From assembly GCA_963725555.1 (NCBI GenBank), contig CAVRYV010000012.1, positions 197,962-261,961 on the forward strand: a stretch of DNA of 64,000 nt. The letters run 5' to 3'. Each line of letters starts with the position of its first letter. Positions within the stretch are counted from its first letter, which is position 1. The notes under the pieces were generated by a model. That model worked only from the letters and a program-made list of their open reading frames with translations. It ran no database searches and had not been told where the DNA came from. A program made the position numbers and the translations under genes. Source of the stretch: an uncultured Pseudomonadota bacterium (GTDB lineage Bacteria; Pseudomonadota; Alphaproteobacteria; Rhizobiales; Xanthobacteraceae). Of this stretch, positions 8,206 through 17,913 are shown piece by piece.

Positions 8206-8652
8206 TTACTTCCGAAGGCGTGCGATAGCGCCGGCAACAATCTGCATCAACACGCCCACGGTCCAGCCCAGCAGAATGATTATTGTCCAGAAAATGTGTA
8301 TCTCCTGGCGCAGCACGATGATTCCGACGGATGAAAAAGCCGACAGCGCCGCAAGAAAGGTGCCGACAGCGCTCAGAAATTCCGCGGAATCGACTTTTGA
8401 GATCGTACCTTCTGCATCATCATGCGGGTGAAACGGGGCTTGCGGCGTGTCGATACCAAGATAAAAGCCGATAACGCCGCCCACCATCATCATCAACAGG
8501 AACCCTTGGGACGTCAGCGCCGGGATACTCGATCCGACGTGGACGCCGACAAACAGGCCGCTTGCCGCGCCGGCCATGGCAAGCCCGATGCGCTCAAGAA
8601 CGTGGGCGAACTTTCTGACGCGTGTTCTCATCGTCTGATTCCACACGATCAA
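8206..8652 (-). CDS. Small multi-pass membrane protein of unknown function
   Basis: Four hydrophobic Gly/Ala-rich helices; host-like codon usage. Confidence 0.75.
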   Translation of the reverse strand: MIVWNQTMRTRVRKFAHVLERIGLAMAGAASGLFVGVHVGSSIPALTSQGFLLMMMVGGVIGFYLGIDTPQAPFHPHDDAEGTISKVDSAEFLSAVGTFLAALSAFSSVGIIVLRQEIHIFWTIIILLGWTVGVLMQIVAGAIARLRK

Positions 8653-8807
8653 CCAAGCAGCGCGTTCTCTCTACCGACTGACGCTCCCGTATTTCTTGAG
8701 CAGATCATTAAACGCCTCCCCCGCCAAGGCGTTCAAGGTGGATCGCGCCCCACCGCCAGCATTCCACGCGCGCGGCGATCTTGAGGGCCCACACGATCCC
8801 GTTGAAT

Positions 8808-9485
8808 TCAGCCGCCCGCGCAGTAGGTGCAGCCGCCTTCCTGCGCGCGGTTCACCCCCCATGTTCCGGATGGAATGACGGTGACGCCGGGGACTACATT
8901 TTCGGCCCATTCCTTGGCGGCTTCGTCGGCGCTCACGCCGGCATTGCCGGCAAGCATCTTGCTCTGCACCCGCAGCGCGACGCCGCACGCACCGATCACG
9001 GTGCCGTTCGCGAGCAACCGGTCGAGCGCCATATCGTCGACCAAAAGCACGCCAGGCTTCGGATGCAGGAACGGATTCTTGACCGCCGGCTCCTTGGTTT
9101 CGGGATCGATGATCTTGAGCAACTCCCCGATTTTGTATTTTCGCCACATCTCGTCGCCGAGCGCGATCGGGAACGCACCGTGGCGCAGCACAACGACCGC
9201 CGTCGCGGCAGACGAGCCCGCGCTCGGCGGTTCATGCGTCGCCAGGAACGTGTACGCGAACGCAAGCGGGAAGCCGGCGTTGGCATCGTAGGCGTCCACC
9301 ACCTGGCGATGACGTCCCTTCAGCGCTCCCGGCCAGTCCGGAGTGTCGGATGGCGCTGTCGCAGCCTGCGCGCGCACCGTCGTCATCGCGGACCCCGCGA
9401 GCCCGAGTACCATCGCGCCGGCGAAGCGGCCGAAGAAACCTCGGCGGGGGATCATGTCGGTCATGTCATGGGTAAGATCTGTCAT
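8808..9485 (-). CDS. Tat-exported DsrE-like protein with C-terminal CxxC
   Basis: GGAGGA RBS; RRGFFGRF twin-Arg signal; VVVLRHGA, IGACGVAL, VIPSG, RAQEGGCTYCAGG. Confidence 0.7.
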   Translation of the reverse strand: MTDLTHDMTDMIPRRGFFGRFAGAMVLGLAGSAMTTVRAQAATAPSDTPDWPGALKGRHRQVVDAYDANAGFPLAFAYTFLATHEPPSAGSSAATAVVVLRHGAFPIALGDEMWRKYKIGELLKIIDPETKEPAVKNPFLHPKPGVLLVDDMALDRLLANGTVIGACGVALRVQSKMLAGNAGVSADEAAKEWAENVVPGVTVIPSGTWGVNRAQEGGCTYCAGG

Positions 9486-9715
9486 GGAGTCCTCCATTTT
9501 CTGCATCTGCGCAAACCATCGGATAGCGAGAAGGCGGTCTCAACAGGGACATCGCCGCTGCCAAGCGGCAGCAACCTGAGCGCGGTTCGCTCGATAAGTA
9601 TGTCGGCAAAAGAGACGACGGGTTCACCACGAAAACGGAAGAAAACGCCGCCGGGGCGGGCCGGAAGAACGGCATGCAATTGCCTTTGGAGGAACCCGCT
9701 AAGTCTTAGGACGGC

Positions 9716-9805
9716 GGGGCCAAACAAGGCACCGACAAAAAGCTGGTGTCGCAATCGCGGATCGATGAGACCTTGCGCAAGGTGTTCAAGCGGAAAGCAT
9801 CTTGA
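9716..9805 (+). pseudogene. Degenerate second copy of the brnA 3' half
   Basis: Matches about 6982-7125 with a 54-bp internal deletion (equivalent to 7017-7070) and one A lost from the A-run. Confidence 0.85.
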
Positions 9806-9865
9806 AGGGCGTTAAAAAGCCCGCGGCGTGCAAGCTCCGATCCCTCGTGCGTCCACCATTCAAGA

Positions 9866-10384
9866 TCAGCCCAACCCCGCATCCCTCAGCCGTCGGGACA
9901 GAAAGCCCGATAGCGCCGGGTCGATGGCGCCGCCGAAATACACTTCCGACGCGACGGTTTCTTTCGCCAGCGTCACCAGCACGCCGATCTCATAGGCGAA
10001 CCACAGATGCGGATCGGTCAGGCCGCGCAGCTTGTGCTGGTCGTGTTCCAGCGCCTGATGGTTGGTCGCCTTCCTGACTTCGATCGCGAGCAGGTTTTCC
10101 GGAATGGCCCTGTGGTGCACGACAATATCGGGATAAACCGATCTTCCAGCGCGATCGTCGGTCGAGATAATGGTTGCCCTCGGAAGCCGCAGCGTCCGCT
10201 CTCCGAGACGGGAATAATCGCAGTCGACGTCCCATTCCGGAAAGTATTTTTCGACATGCACCGCCAGCCGATGAGCGAATGTGCGCTCGCCAAGGTCCTT
10301 CTCGAACAACTGGCTCTCGCGCGCATAGAAATCCCTGAGCGCGCTGACGACTTTGTTTAGCTCGGCCTGCATCTCGGATTGCAT
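9866..10384 (-). CDS. Hypothetical protein with PD-(D/E)XK nuclease-like motif
   Basis: ERTFAHRLA ... YPDIVVH ... LLAIEVRK. Confidence 0.65.
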   Translation of the reverse strand: MQSEMQAELNKVVSALRDFYARESQLFEKDLGERTFAHRLAVHVEKYFPEWDVDCDYSRLGERTLRLPRATIISTDDRAGRSVYPDIVVHHRAIPENLLAIEVRKATNHQALEHDQHKLRGLTDPHLWFAYEIGVLVTLAKETVASEVYFGGAIDPALSGFLSRRLRDAGLG

Positions 10385-10504
10385 GACGCCTCCGTCAAAA
10401 GCATCCTAGAGCCTGACCGGAAATGCAACCCATAGAACGGGCGGCGCTTTTTTCATCGCCTGGAACACCGGGCTCGGCGACCATGCCGTGCTTGCCGCTC
10501 ACCC

Positions 10505-12052
10505 TTACATCTGCACTTCGATCAGACGCGGTCCCTTTTCGGCAACGCCTTCCGCCAATGCCTTGTTGAAATCGTCGGCAGTGGTCACCGCGCGGCCCGG
10601 CACACCCATGCCCTTGGCGAGCGCAACGAAGTCAAGCGTCGGGCGATCGATTTTCAGCATATCGAGCGCGCGCTTGCCCGGCTCGCCGGCGCCGACGCCA
10701 TCGAATTCGCCGCGCAGGATCTGATAGATGCGGTTGGCGAACACGATCGTCAGAACGTTGAGGCCTTCGCGGGCCTGGGTCCACAGCGATTGCAGCGTGT
10801 ACATCGCGCTGCCGTCGCCGACCATGCAGATCACTTTGCGATCCGGGCATGCCACCGCGGCGCCGGTCGCGATCGGAGTCGAAAATCCGATCGAGCCGCC
10901 CATGTTCTGCAGCCAGTCATGCGGGGCCGCGGCCGCGGTCGGCGGAAAGAAGCCCCGTCCGGTGGTGATGGACTCATCGACCATGATGGCATTTTCGGGG
11001 ATCGCGCACGCGATCGCCTGCGCGATCGAGGCGTGGTTCAGCGCGCCGGTCGGCTTGGTGAGCTCAGCCAGCTGCTGCGGCTTGACGTCCTGCGGCCTGG
11101 CGCCGAGCGCTTCCGACAATGCCTCCAGCGCGGCAACGGAATTTTCGCCCCACGCCGTCATCCGGTGCACCTCGCATCCGTCAGGCTTGAGCATGCTCGG
11201 CTTGTTCGGATAGGCAAAGAACGCGACGGGATCGTTGGCCTCGACCAGAATGATGTTCTTGAAGCCCTTCAGCAGCGGCAGTGCCAACTCGATCACATAA
11301 GGAATGCGGTCGATCGAGAACCGGCCGCGGCCGCGCGCCATGCGTGGATGATAGGTCTGGCCCATCACCTTGCAGCCGGTCTTGCCGGCGATCTGCTGCG
11401 CCAGCGCCAGCGCCTTCTCGGTCAGCGCGCTGCCGGTGATCAGCAGCAGATTCCGGGAACCGCCGCCATGCAGCAGCTTCGCCGCGGTCTCGACCGCCTC
11501 CGTGGAATAGCCGGCGCGCTGGCTTGGCGCCGGCACCGCGGCAATGCCGCTGGCTTCGTTCCAGGCGGTATCCGCGGGCAGGATCAGGGTCGCGATCTCT
11601 GGCGGCGAACTCTTGGCCGCGGCGATCGCCGCCGCGCCGTCGGCCGCGACCGATTTCGCGTCGGGCGAGGTCCGCACCCAGGCCGACATCGGCCGCGCCA
11701 GGCCTTCGATATCGGAGGTCAGCGGCGCATTGAGCCCGATGTGATAGGTCGCGTGCTGCCCGACGATGTTGACGATGCCGGAATGGGCCTTCTTGGCGTT
11801 GTGCAGGTTGGCGAGGCCATTGGCGAGGCCCGGCCCAAGGTGCAGCAAGGTCGATGCCGGCGTGCCCTTCATGCGGAAATAACCGTCGGCCGCGCCCGTC
11901 ACCACGCCCTCGAACAGGCCAAGCACACAGCGCATGCCCTCGACCCGATCCAGCGCCGCGACAAAATGCATCTCCGAGGTACCGGGATTGGCGAAGCAGA
12001 CATCAACGCCGCCCGCGACCAGGGTCCGCACCAGACTTTCCGCACCGTTCAT
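10505..12052 (-). CDS. Thiamine pyrophosphate enzyme, acetolactate synthase large subunit-like
   Basis: ANPGTSE, LFEGVVTGAADGY, GDGSAMY...N TPP-binding motif. Confidence 0.88.
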   Translation of the reverse strand: MNGAESLVRTLVAGGVDVCFANPGTSEMHFVAALDRVEGMRCVLGLFEGVVTGAADGYFRMKGTPASTLLHLGPGLANGLANLHNAKKAHSGIVNIVGQHATYHIGLNAPLTSDIEGLARPMSAWVRTSPDAKSVAADGAAAIAAAKSSPPEIATLILPADTAWNEASGIAAVPAPSQRAGYSTEAVETAAKLLHGGGSRNLLLITGSALTEKALALAQQIAGKTGCKVMGQTYHPRMARGRGRFSIDRIPYVIELALPLLKGFKNIILVEANDPVAFFAYPNKPSMLKPDGCEVHRMTAWGENSVAALEALSEALGARPQDVKPQQLAELTKPTGALNHASIAQAIACAIPENAIMVDESITTGRGFFPPTAAAAPHDWLQNMGGSIGFSTPIATGAAVACPDRKVICMVGDGSAMYTLQSLWTQAREGLNVLTIVFANRIYQILRGEFDGVGAGEPGKRALDMLKIDRPTLDFVALAKGMGVPGRAVTTADDFNKALAEGVAEKGPRLIEVQM

Positions 12053-12321
12053 CGTTCCACTCCCGTTCGCGACAGCCATTTAATAGTTCGGGCCGCGATC
12101 GGAGGCAAAACCGGACGCGCGCTCGAAACCTTATGCAGATCAATCACTCCCGGCGCTTTTCGTCAAAGGTTCCGGGGGCATTGCTGCCATCGCCGCGCGA
12201 CGGGGTGGTTTTTTAACCGCAGCGCCTGAAAATCAGCGACCCTCACGCGGCCGTGGGTTGCGAAATTGCATGAATTATGGCCTGTCTTGAGTTCAAGTCG
12301 ATTTTTTTCGCGAGGAAGAAA

Positions 12322-12864
12322 ATGTCCCGGGTCTTTGCTTTGCTGTTAGCGGCGATGACGTTGTTGGCCGTCAGCCCTGCCCGAGCCCAGGGCCTGTTTG
12401 GCAATTTCTTCGGTAGCTCAAGCCCAATTCCGCGAGAACTCGTGAGCTTCCCCGGCCGCTATTCGCCCGGCACCATCGTCATCAGCACCACCGAGCGACG
12501 GCTTTATCTGGTTCTCCCCAACGGCCAGGCGCTCAAATACGGCATCGGCGTCGGCCGCGAGGGTTTTGGCTGGCACGGCACCCATCGCATCACTGCCAAG
12601 AAGGAATGGCCAAGCTGGACGCCGCCCGCGGAGATGCTGGCGCGCCGGCCCGACCTGCCGCGTTTCCTCGCCGGCGGGATCGAAAATCCGCTCGGCGCCC
12701 GCGCCCTGTATCTGGGCTCGACGCTGTATCGCATTCACGGCTCGAACGAGCCGGAAACGATCGGCCATGCGGTGTCGTCCGGCTGCATTCGCATGACCAA
12801 CGAGGACGTCACCGATCTCTATAATCGCGTCTCGGTCGGCACCACGGTCGTGGTCGGGAATTAG
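12322..12864 (+). CDS. L,D-transpeptidase (YkuD family)
   Basis: Signal peptide; NPLGARALYL, YRIHGSN, SSGCIRM. Confidence 0.92.
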   Translation: MSRVFALLLAAMTLLAVSPARAQGLFGNFFGSSSPIPRELVSFPGRYSPGTIVISTTERRLYLVLPNGQALKYGIGVGREGFGWHGTHRITAKKEWPSWTPPAEMLARRPDLPRFLAGGIENPLGARALYLGSTLYRIHGSNEPETIGHAVSSGCIRMTNEDVTDLYNRVSVGTTVVVGN

Positions 12865-12941
12865 AATCCGTTCCACGAGGAGCAGACGTCTCGCGGCGCT
12901 CCGCCTTGCGCGAGCATGGCATTTGCGGCAGCGTTGAAACG

Positions 12942-13763
12942 ATGAGCGCACCTCGCCGGCCCTCGCTTCTATTGCGGACGCTCGCGGTCGTCCTCGCCAG
13001 CATCCTATGCAACGCCGTCGCCTCCCCGCCATCCCACTCCGCTGAAATTGCAGCGATCGCGTCGCGGCAGCGCGCCGAGAAAAAGACGTTCACCGACGTC
13101 GAGATCACCGAGGGATTTTTCAAGACCGCGTTCGGCGCCGAATATCATCTCGCCGGCCGGGTCGACCGCATCCGAAAATACGATATGCCGGTGCGGGTTT
13201 TCGCCGAAGGCGGCAGCAACCGCCCGGATCGAAAGGCGCAACTCGCCAAAGTGGTCGCCGACATCGCGCGGCGGGTTGCGCATCTCGACATCGCCATGAC
13301 CGACAACCGCGACGCCGCCAATGTTGTGGTCAATCTGGTGCGCGACCGCGATCTGTCGCGCACCATCACGACATTTTACGGCAGCGAGCGGGCGCGCGAG
13401 ATTCGTTCCTCGCTCGATCCGCAATGCCTGTCCGGCTTTCGCAAGAACGAGCGGTTTGAGATTCAGCATTCCGATGTGATCCTGACCTTCGACAGCAGCG
13501 ATTTCACCTTCCTCGACTGCGCTTATGAGGAACTGCTGCAGGCGCTGGGGCCGATCAACGACACCAGTTCGGTGCCGTGGACCATGTTCAACGACAAGGT
13601 CTCGATGGGATTTTTCGACGTCTACGATCAGTACATCCTGAATGTGCTGTACGACCCCCGGATCAAAGCCGGCATGACCGTCGAAGAGGTTAGGGCCGCG
13701 CTGCCCGACGTGCTCGCGGATGTGCGGGTGTGGGTGAGGAAGGTCAATGGTTTGACGGAGTAG
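12942..13763 (+). CDS. DUF2927 domain-containing exported protein
   Basis: CAYEELLQALGPIND, SMFND-like WTMFND, YDQYILNVLYDPRI. Confidence 0.78.
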   Translation: MSAPRRPSLLLRTLAVVLASILCNAVASPPSHSAEIAAIASRQRAEKKTFTDVEITEGFFKTAFGAEYHLAGRVDRIRKYDMPVRVFAEGGSNRPDRKAQLAKVVADIARRVAHLDIAMTDNRDAANVVVNLVRDRDLSRTITTFYGSERAREIRSSLDPQCLSGFRKNERFEIQHSDVILTFDSSDFTFLDCAYEELLQALGPINDTSSVPWTMFNDKVSMGFFDVYDQYILNVLYDPRIKAGMTVEEVRAALPDVLADVRVWVRKVNGLTE

Positions 13764-13769
13764 TGTTTA

Positions 13770-13886
13770 GTCGTCCCTGCGGAAGCAGGGACCCATACCG
13801 CGTGTGGTCTCGTTTTGGTAAGGACGCGGAAACCTCCTTCAATATTAAGGCCAGGGATGACGGGTCCCTGCTTTCGCAGGGACGAC
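13770..13886. repeat. Bipartite palindromic repeat, GTCGTCCCTGCG family
   Basis: Same termini as 3848-3978; lies between convergent genes. Confidence 0.85.
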
Positions 13887-13891
13887 GCAGG

Positions 13892-15064
13892 CTAAGCCGA
13901 TTTCTCGAACAGCTCGCGCCCGATCAGCATGCGGCGGATTTCGCTGGTGCCGGCGCCGATCTCGTAGAGCTTGGCGTCGCGCAACAGCCGGCCGGTTGGA
14001 TAATCATTGATATAGCCGTTGCCGCCGAGCAGCTGGATCGCGTCGAGCGCGCATTGCGTCGCCTTCTCGGAAGCATAGAGAATGGCGCCCGCCGCATCCT
14101 CGCGCGTGGTCTCGCCGCGATCGCAGGCTTTCGCCACCGCGTAAACATAGGCGCGGGACGCGTTCATGGTGGTGTACATGTCGGCAATCTTGCCTTGCAC
14201 CAGCTGGAAGCTTCCGATCGGCTGCCCGAATTGCTTGCGCTCATGCACATAGGGCATCACCACGTCGAGGCAGGCCTGCATGATCCCGATCGGTCCAGCC
14301 GACAAGACCGCGCGCTCGTAATCGAGACCCGACATCAAAATGTTGACGCCGCGGCCGACCTCGCCGAGCACGTTTTCTTCCGGCACCTCGCAATTCTCGA
14401 ACACCAGTTCGCCGGTGTCGGAGCCACGCATGCCGAGCTTGTCGAGTTTTTGCGCAGTCGAAAATCCCTTCATGCCCTTTTCAATGATGAAGGCCGTGAT
14501 GCCGCGCGGACCGGCGGCCGGATCGGTCTTGGCGTACACCACCAGCGTTTCCGCGATCGGCCCGTTGGTGATCCACATCTTGCTGCCATTGATGACGTAG
14601 CGATCGCCCTTTTTCTCGGCGCGGGTCGACATCGAGACCACGTCGGAGCCGGCGCCCGGCTCGGACATCGCCAGCGAGCCGACATGCTCTCCGGAAATCA
14701 GCTTCGGCAGATATTTCCGCTTCTGGGCCTCGTTGCCGTTGCGCCGAAGCTGATTGACGCAAAGATTGGAGTGCGCGCCGTAGGAAAGACCCACCGACGC
14801 CGACGCGCGCGAAATCTCCTCGACCGCAATGCAGTGCTCGAGATAGCCCAGCCCCGAGCCGCCATATTCCTCCTCGACGGTAATCCCATGCAGGCCGAGC
14901 GCGCCGATTTTCGGCCACAGGTCGCGCGGGAACTGGTTGCTCTTGTCGATCTCCGCGGCGCGCGGCGCGATCTCATGGGCCGAAAAGTTATGAACGGTCT
15001 CGCGAATCGCATCCGCGGTTTCGCCGAGATCGAAATTGAACATCCGATGCGCGTTGGGAATCAT
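13892..15064 (-). CDS. ivd: Isovaleryl-CoA dehydrogenase
   Basis: [40 protein letters not shown]. Confidence 0.9.
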   Translation of the reverse strand: MIPNAHRMFNFDLGETADAIRETVHNFSAHEIAPRAAEIDKSNQFPRDLWPKIGALGLHGITVEEEYGGSGLGYLEHCIAVEEISRASASVGLSYGAHSNLCVNQLRRNGNEAQKRKYLPKLISGEHVGSLAMSEPGAGSDVVSMSTRAEKKGDRYVINGSKMWITNGPIAETLVVYAKTDPAAGPRGITAFIIEKGMKGFSTAQKLDKLGMRGSDTGELVFENCEVPEENVLGEVGRGVNILMSGLDYERAVLSAGPIGIMQACLDVVMPYVHERKQFGQPIGSFQLVQGKIADMYTTMNASRAYVYAVAKACDRGETTREDAAGAILYASEKATQCALDAIQLLGGNGYINDYPTGRLLRDAKLYEIGAGTSEIRRMLIGRELFEKSA

Positions 15065-15308
15065 GGTTGGGCGGCCTCCGGGCAAATCGTGCGGCTTTTC
15101 GCGCACAGCCTTATGCGTTGGAAATAAGCTTGTCACGGGCCGAAGGGACTGAGAAGAGGGTTCCGCCGAATCGGCCGCCGCCGGCGCCTGCCGTGACGCG
15201 GAATGCCCCAAACTTCCCTTGCCCTGCCGCACGCAACGGGATGTAATTCGTCCAAATCAGTGCCCCCGGAAGCAACCACCGAGGGGGACCATCAGGGAGA
15301 GCCAACCG

Positions 15309-16580
15309 ATGCACGGGACCATCGATCTCGTTCAGAATTCCGATCAGGAAGCGGCGCGGGTGCGAGCTTATTCCCTGCCGATCGAGCAGTTCGATCCCGG
15401 CGATCCCGAGTTGTTTCGCACCGATACGTTCTGGCCCTATTTCGACCGGCTGCGGCAGGAAGCGCCGGTGCACTACTGCAAGGACAGCATCTTCGGACCG
15501 TATTGGTCGATCACCAAATACAACGACATCATGGACATCGAAACCAACCACGCGGTGTTCTCGTCGGCGGCCTCGCTTGGCGGCATCACCATCCGCGACG
15601 TGCCGACCGACCTGCGCCGCGAAAGCTTCATCGCCATGGATCAGCCGCGTCACAGCGCGCAGCGCAAGACCGTGGCGCCGATGTTCACACCGACGCATCT
15701 CGACCAGCTTGCGATCAACATCCGCAAGCGCTCGGCTGAATGCCTCGACAATCTGCCGAAGCACGACGTGTTCGACTGGGTCGATCGGGTGTCGATCGAA
15801 CTGACGACGCAAATGCTCGCGGTGCTGTTCGACTTTCCCTGGGAGGATCGCCGCAAGCTGACGCGCTGGTCCGACATCGCAACGACGCTTCCGGGTTCGG
15901 GCGGCCTGGTCGCGACGGAAGACGAACGGCAGGCCGAACTGATGGAATGCGCAACCTATTTCGCGAAGCTCTGGAAAGAGCGCATCGACCAGCCGCCGAA
16001 GAGCGACCTGTTGTCGATGATGGCGCACGGCGAGGCCACCCGCGACATGGATCCGAAGAATTTCCTTGGCAACCTCATCCTGCTGATCGTCGGCGGCAAC
16101 GATACCACCCGCAACACGCTGTCGGGCAGCATCTATGCGTTGAGCAAAAATCCGGATCAATACAGGAAGCTGCGCGAGAATCCGGCGCTGATCGACAGTT
16201 TTGTGCCGGAGGTGATCCGCTGGCAGACGCCGCTGGCGCATATGCGGCGGACCGCGCTCGAGGACATCGAGTTTCGCGGCAATCAGTTCAAGAAGGGCGA
16301 CAAGGTCGTGATGTGGTACGTTTCGGGCAACCGCGACGAAACGGTGATCGATCGTCCTTATGAGTTTATCATCGACCGGGCGCGACCGCGCACCCACGTC
16401 TCCTTTGGCTTTGGCATTCATCGCTGCGTGGGAATAAGGCTAGCCGAGCTGCAATTGAAGATCATTTGGGAAGAAATCATGAAGCGTTTCGACCACATTG
16501 AGGTGGTCGGGGAGCCGAAGCGGGTGTATTCAAGCTTCGTCAAGGGCTACGAAACCCTGCCGGTGCGGATCGTCGGCTGA
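15309..16580 (+). CDS. Cytochrome P450, CYP153-like
   Basis: FIAMDQPRH, LLIVGGNDTTRN, EVIRWQTPLAHMRR, FGFGIHRCVG. Confidence 0.9.
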   Translation: MHGTIDLVQNSDQEAARVRAYSLPIEQFDPGDPELFRTDTFWPYFDRLRQEAPVHYCKDSIFGPYWSITKYNDIMDIETNHAVFSSAASLGGITIRDVPTDLRRESFIAMDQPRHSAQRKTVAPMFTPTHLDQLAINIRKRSAECLDNLPKHDVFDWVDRVSIELTTQMLAVLFDFPWEDRRKLTRWSDIATTLPGSGGLVATEDERQAELMECATYFAKLWKERIDQPPKSDLLSMMAHGEATRDMDPKNFLGNLILLIVGGNDTTRNTLSGSIYALSKNPDQYRKLRENPALIDSFVPEVIRWQTPLAHMRRTALEDIEFRGNQFKKGDKVVMWYVSGNRDETVIDRPYEFIIDRARPRTHVSFGFGIHRCVGIRLAELQLKIIWEEIMKRFDHIEVVGEPKRVYSSFVKGYETLPVRIVG

Positions 16581-16614
16581 GATACAGCCGACGACCACTA
16601 TTTGGGATCGAACG

Positions 16615-17889
16615 ATGAACATCCGGACCTCCATCAGAGCCGACCACGCCGAGATTCAGCGCGCCGCGCGCGAAGAGGCCTATTCCACGCCGCTGAAGGA
16701 TTTTCATCCCGGAGCACCACGGCTGTTCCAGAACAATACGCTGTGGCCCTGGTTCGAGCGGCTGCGCAAGGAAGAACCGGTGCATTATTGCACCAATGCA
16801 CCGATCGAGCCTTATTGGTCGGTCGTCCGGTACAACGACATCATGCATGTCGACACCAACCATGGCGTGTTTTCCTCGGACGCCACCCTCGGCGGCATCT
16901 CGATCCGCGACGCGCCGCAGGGCTATGACATGCCGAGCTTCATTGCGATGGATCAACCCCGGCACAGCGCCCAGCGCAAGACCGTGTCGCCGATGTTCAC
17001 GCCGACGCATCTGGACCAACTCGCCATCCTGATCCGCGAACGCGCCGGCAAGGTGCTCGATGCGCTTCCGCGCAACGAAACCTTCAACTTCGTCGATCGG
17101 GTGTCGATCGAGTTGACCACGCAAATGCTGGCGACGCTGTTCGACTTTCCGTGGGAGGAACGCCGCAAGCTGACGCGCTGGTCCGATGTCGCGACCGCAT
17201 TGCCCAAGAGCATGATCGTTGAATTGGCCGAACAGCGCCGCGCCGAGATGGACGAGTGCGCGGCCTATTTCGGCAAGCTCTGGAATGAACGCGTCAATGC
17301 CGAACCGCGCAACGACCTGGTCTCGATGATGGCGCATAGCGACGCCACGCGGCACATGGATTTGGAAACCCTGCTGGGCAACATTCTTTTGCTGATCGTC
17401 GGCGGCAACGACACCACCCGCAACACCATGAGTGGTTCGGTGCTGGCATTGAACGAAAATCCCGACCAGTATCAAAAACTGCGCGACAATCCCGCGCTGA
17501 TCGATTCCATGGTGCCGGAAGTCATTCGCTGGCAGACGCCGCTGGCGCATATGCGGCGCACCGCGCTGATGGATACCGAACTCGGCGGCAAGACCATCAA
17601 GAAGGGCGATCGCGTCGTGATGTGGTACGTCTCCGGCAATCGCGACGAAGAAGCCATCGAGAATCCCAACGACTTCATAATCGACCGCGCCCGGCCCCGC
17701 ACGCATCTGTCGTTCGGTTTCGGCATCCACCGCTGCCTCGGCATGCGGCTTGCCGAGCTGCAGCTCAAGATCGTTTGGCAGGAAATGCTCAAACGCTTCG
17801 ACAATATTGAAGTTGTAGGCGAACCCAAGCGTGTGTATTCGAGCTTCATCAAAGGTTACGAAACCCTGCCGGTGCGCATTCCAGCATAA
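16615..17889 (+). CDS. Cytochrome P450, CYP153-like (tandem paralog)
   Basis: Same motifs; heme motif FGFGIHRCLG. Confidence 0.9.
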   Translation: MNIRTSIRADHAEIQRAAREEAYSTPLKDFHPGAPRLFQNNTLWPWFERLRKEEPVHYCTNAPIEPYWSVVRYNDIMHVDTNHGVFSSDATLGGISIRDAPQGYDMPSFIAMDQPRHSAQRKTVSPMFTPTHLDQLAILIRERAGKVLDALPRNETFNFVDRVSIELTTQMLATLFDFPWEERRKLTRWSDVATALPKSMIVELAEQRRAEMDECAAYFGKLWNERVNAEPRNDLVSMMAHSDATRHMDLETLLGNILLLIVGGNDTTRNTMSGSVLALNENPDQYQKLRDNPALIDSMVPEVIRWQTPLAHMRRTALMDTELGGKTIKKGDRVVMWYVSGNRDEEAIENPNDFIIDRARPRTHLSFGFGIHRCLGMRLAELQLKIVWQEMLKRFDNIEVVGEPKRVYSSFIKGYETLPVRIPA

Positions 17890-17913
17890 TAAAAGCGTAA
17901 GCAGAATAGTGTC

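Noticed and set aside
10406-10435. CTAGAGC start resembling a MITE or IS630 end
   Set aside because: No matching opposite terminus; too short to support
4800-10500. attL/attR duplication of the tRNA-Val 3' end, and an integrase
   Set aside because: No second copy of the tRNA end and no tyrosine or serine recombinase found
12132-12145. FixK-like site upstream of the TPP enzyme (TTGATCTGCATAAG on the minus strand)
   Set aside because: Only one good half-site
13730-15127. 465-aa plus-strand ORF; likewise 15111..16421, 16540..18006, 31418..33202, 45873..47612 and 58900..60258
   Set aside because: Antisense shadows of recognised genes, expected in high-GC DNA with strong codon bias
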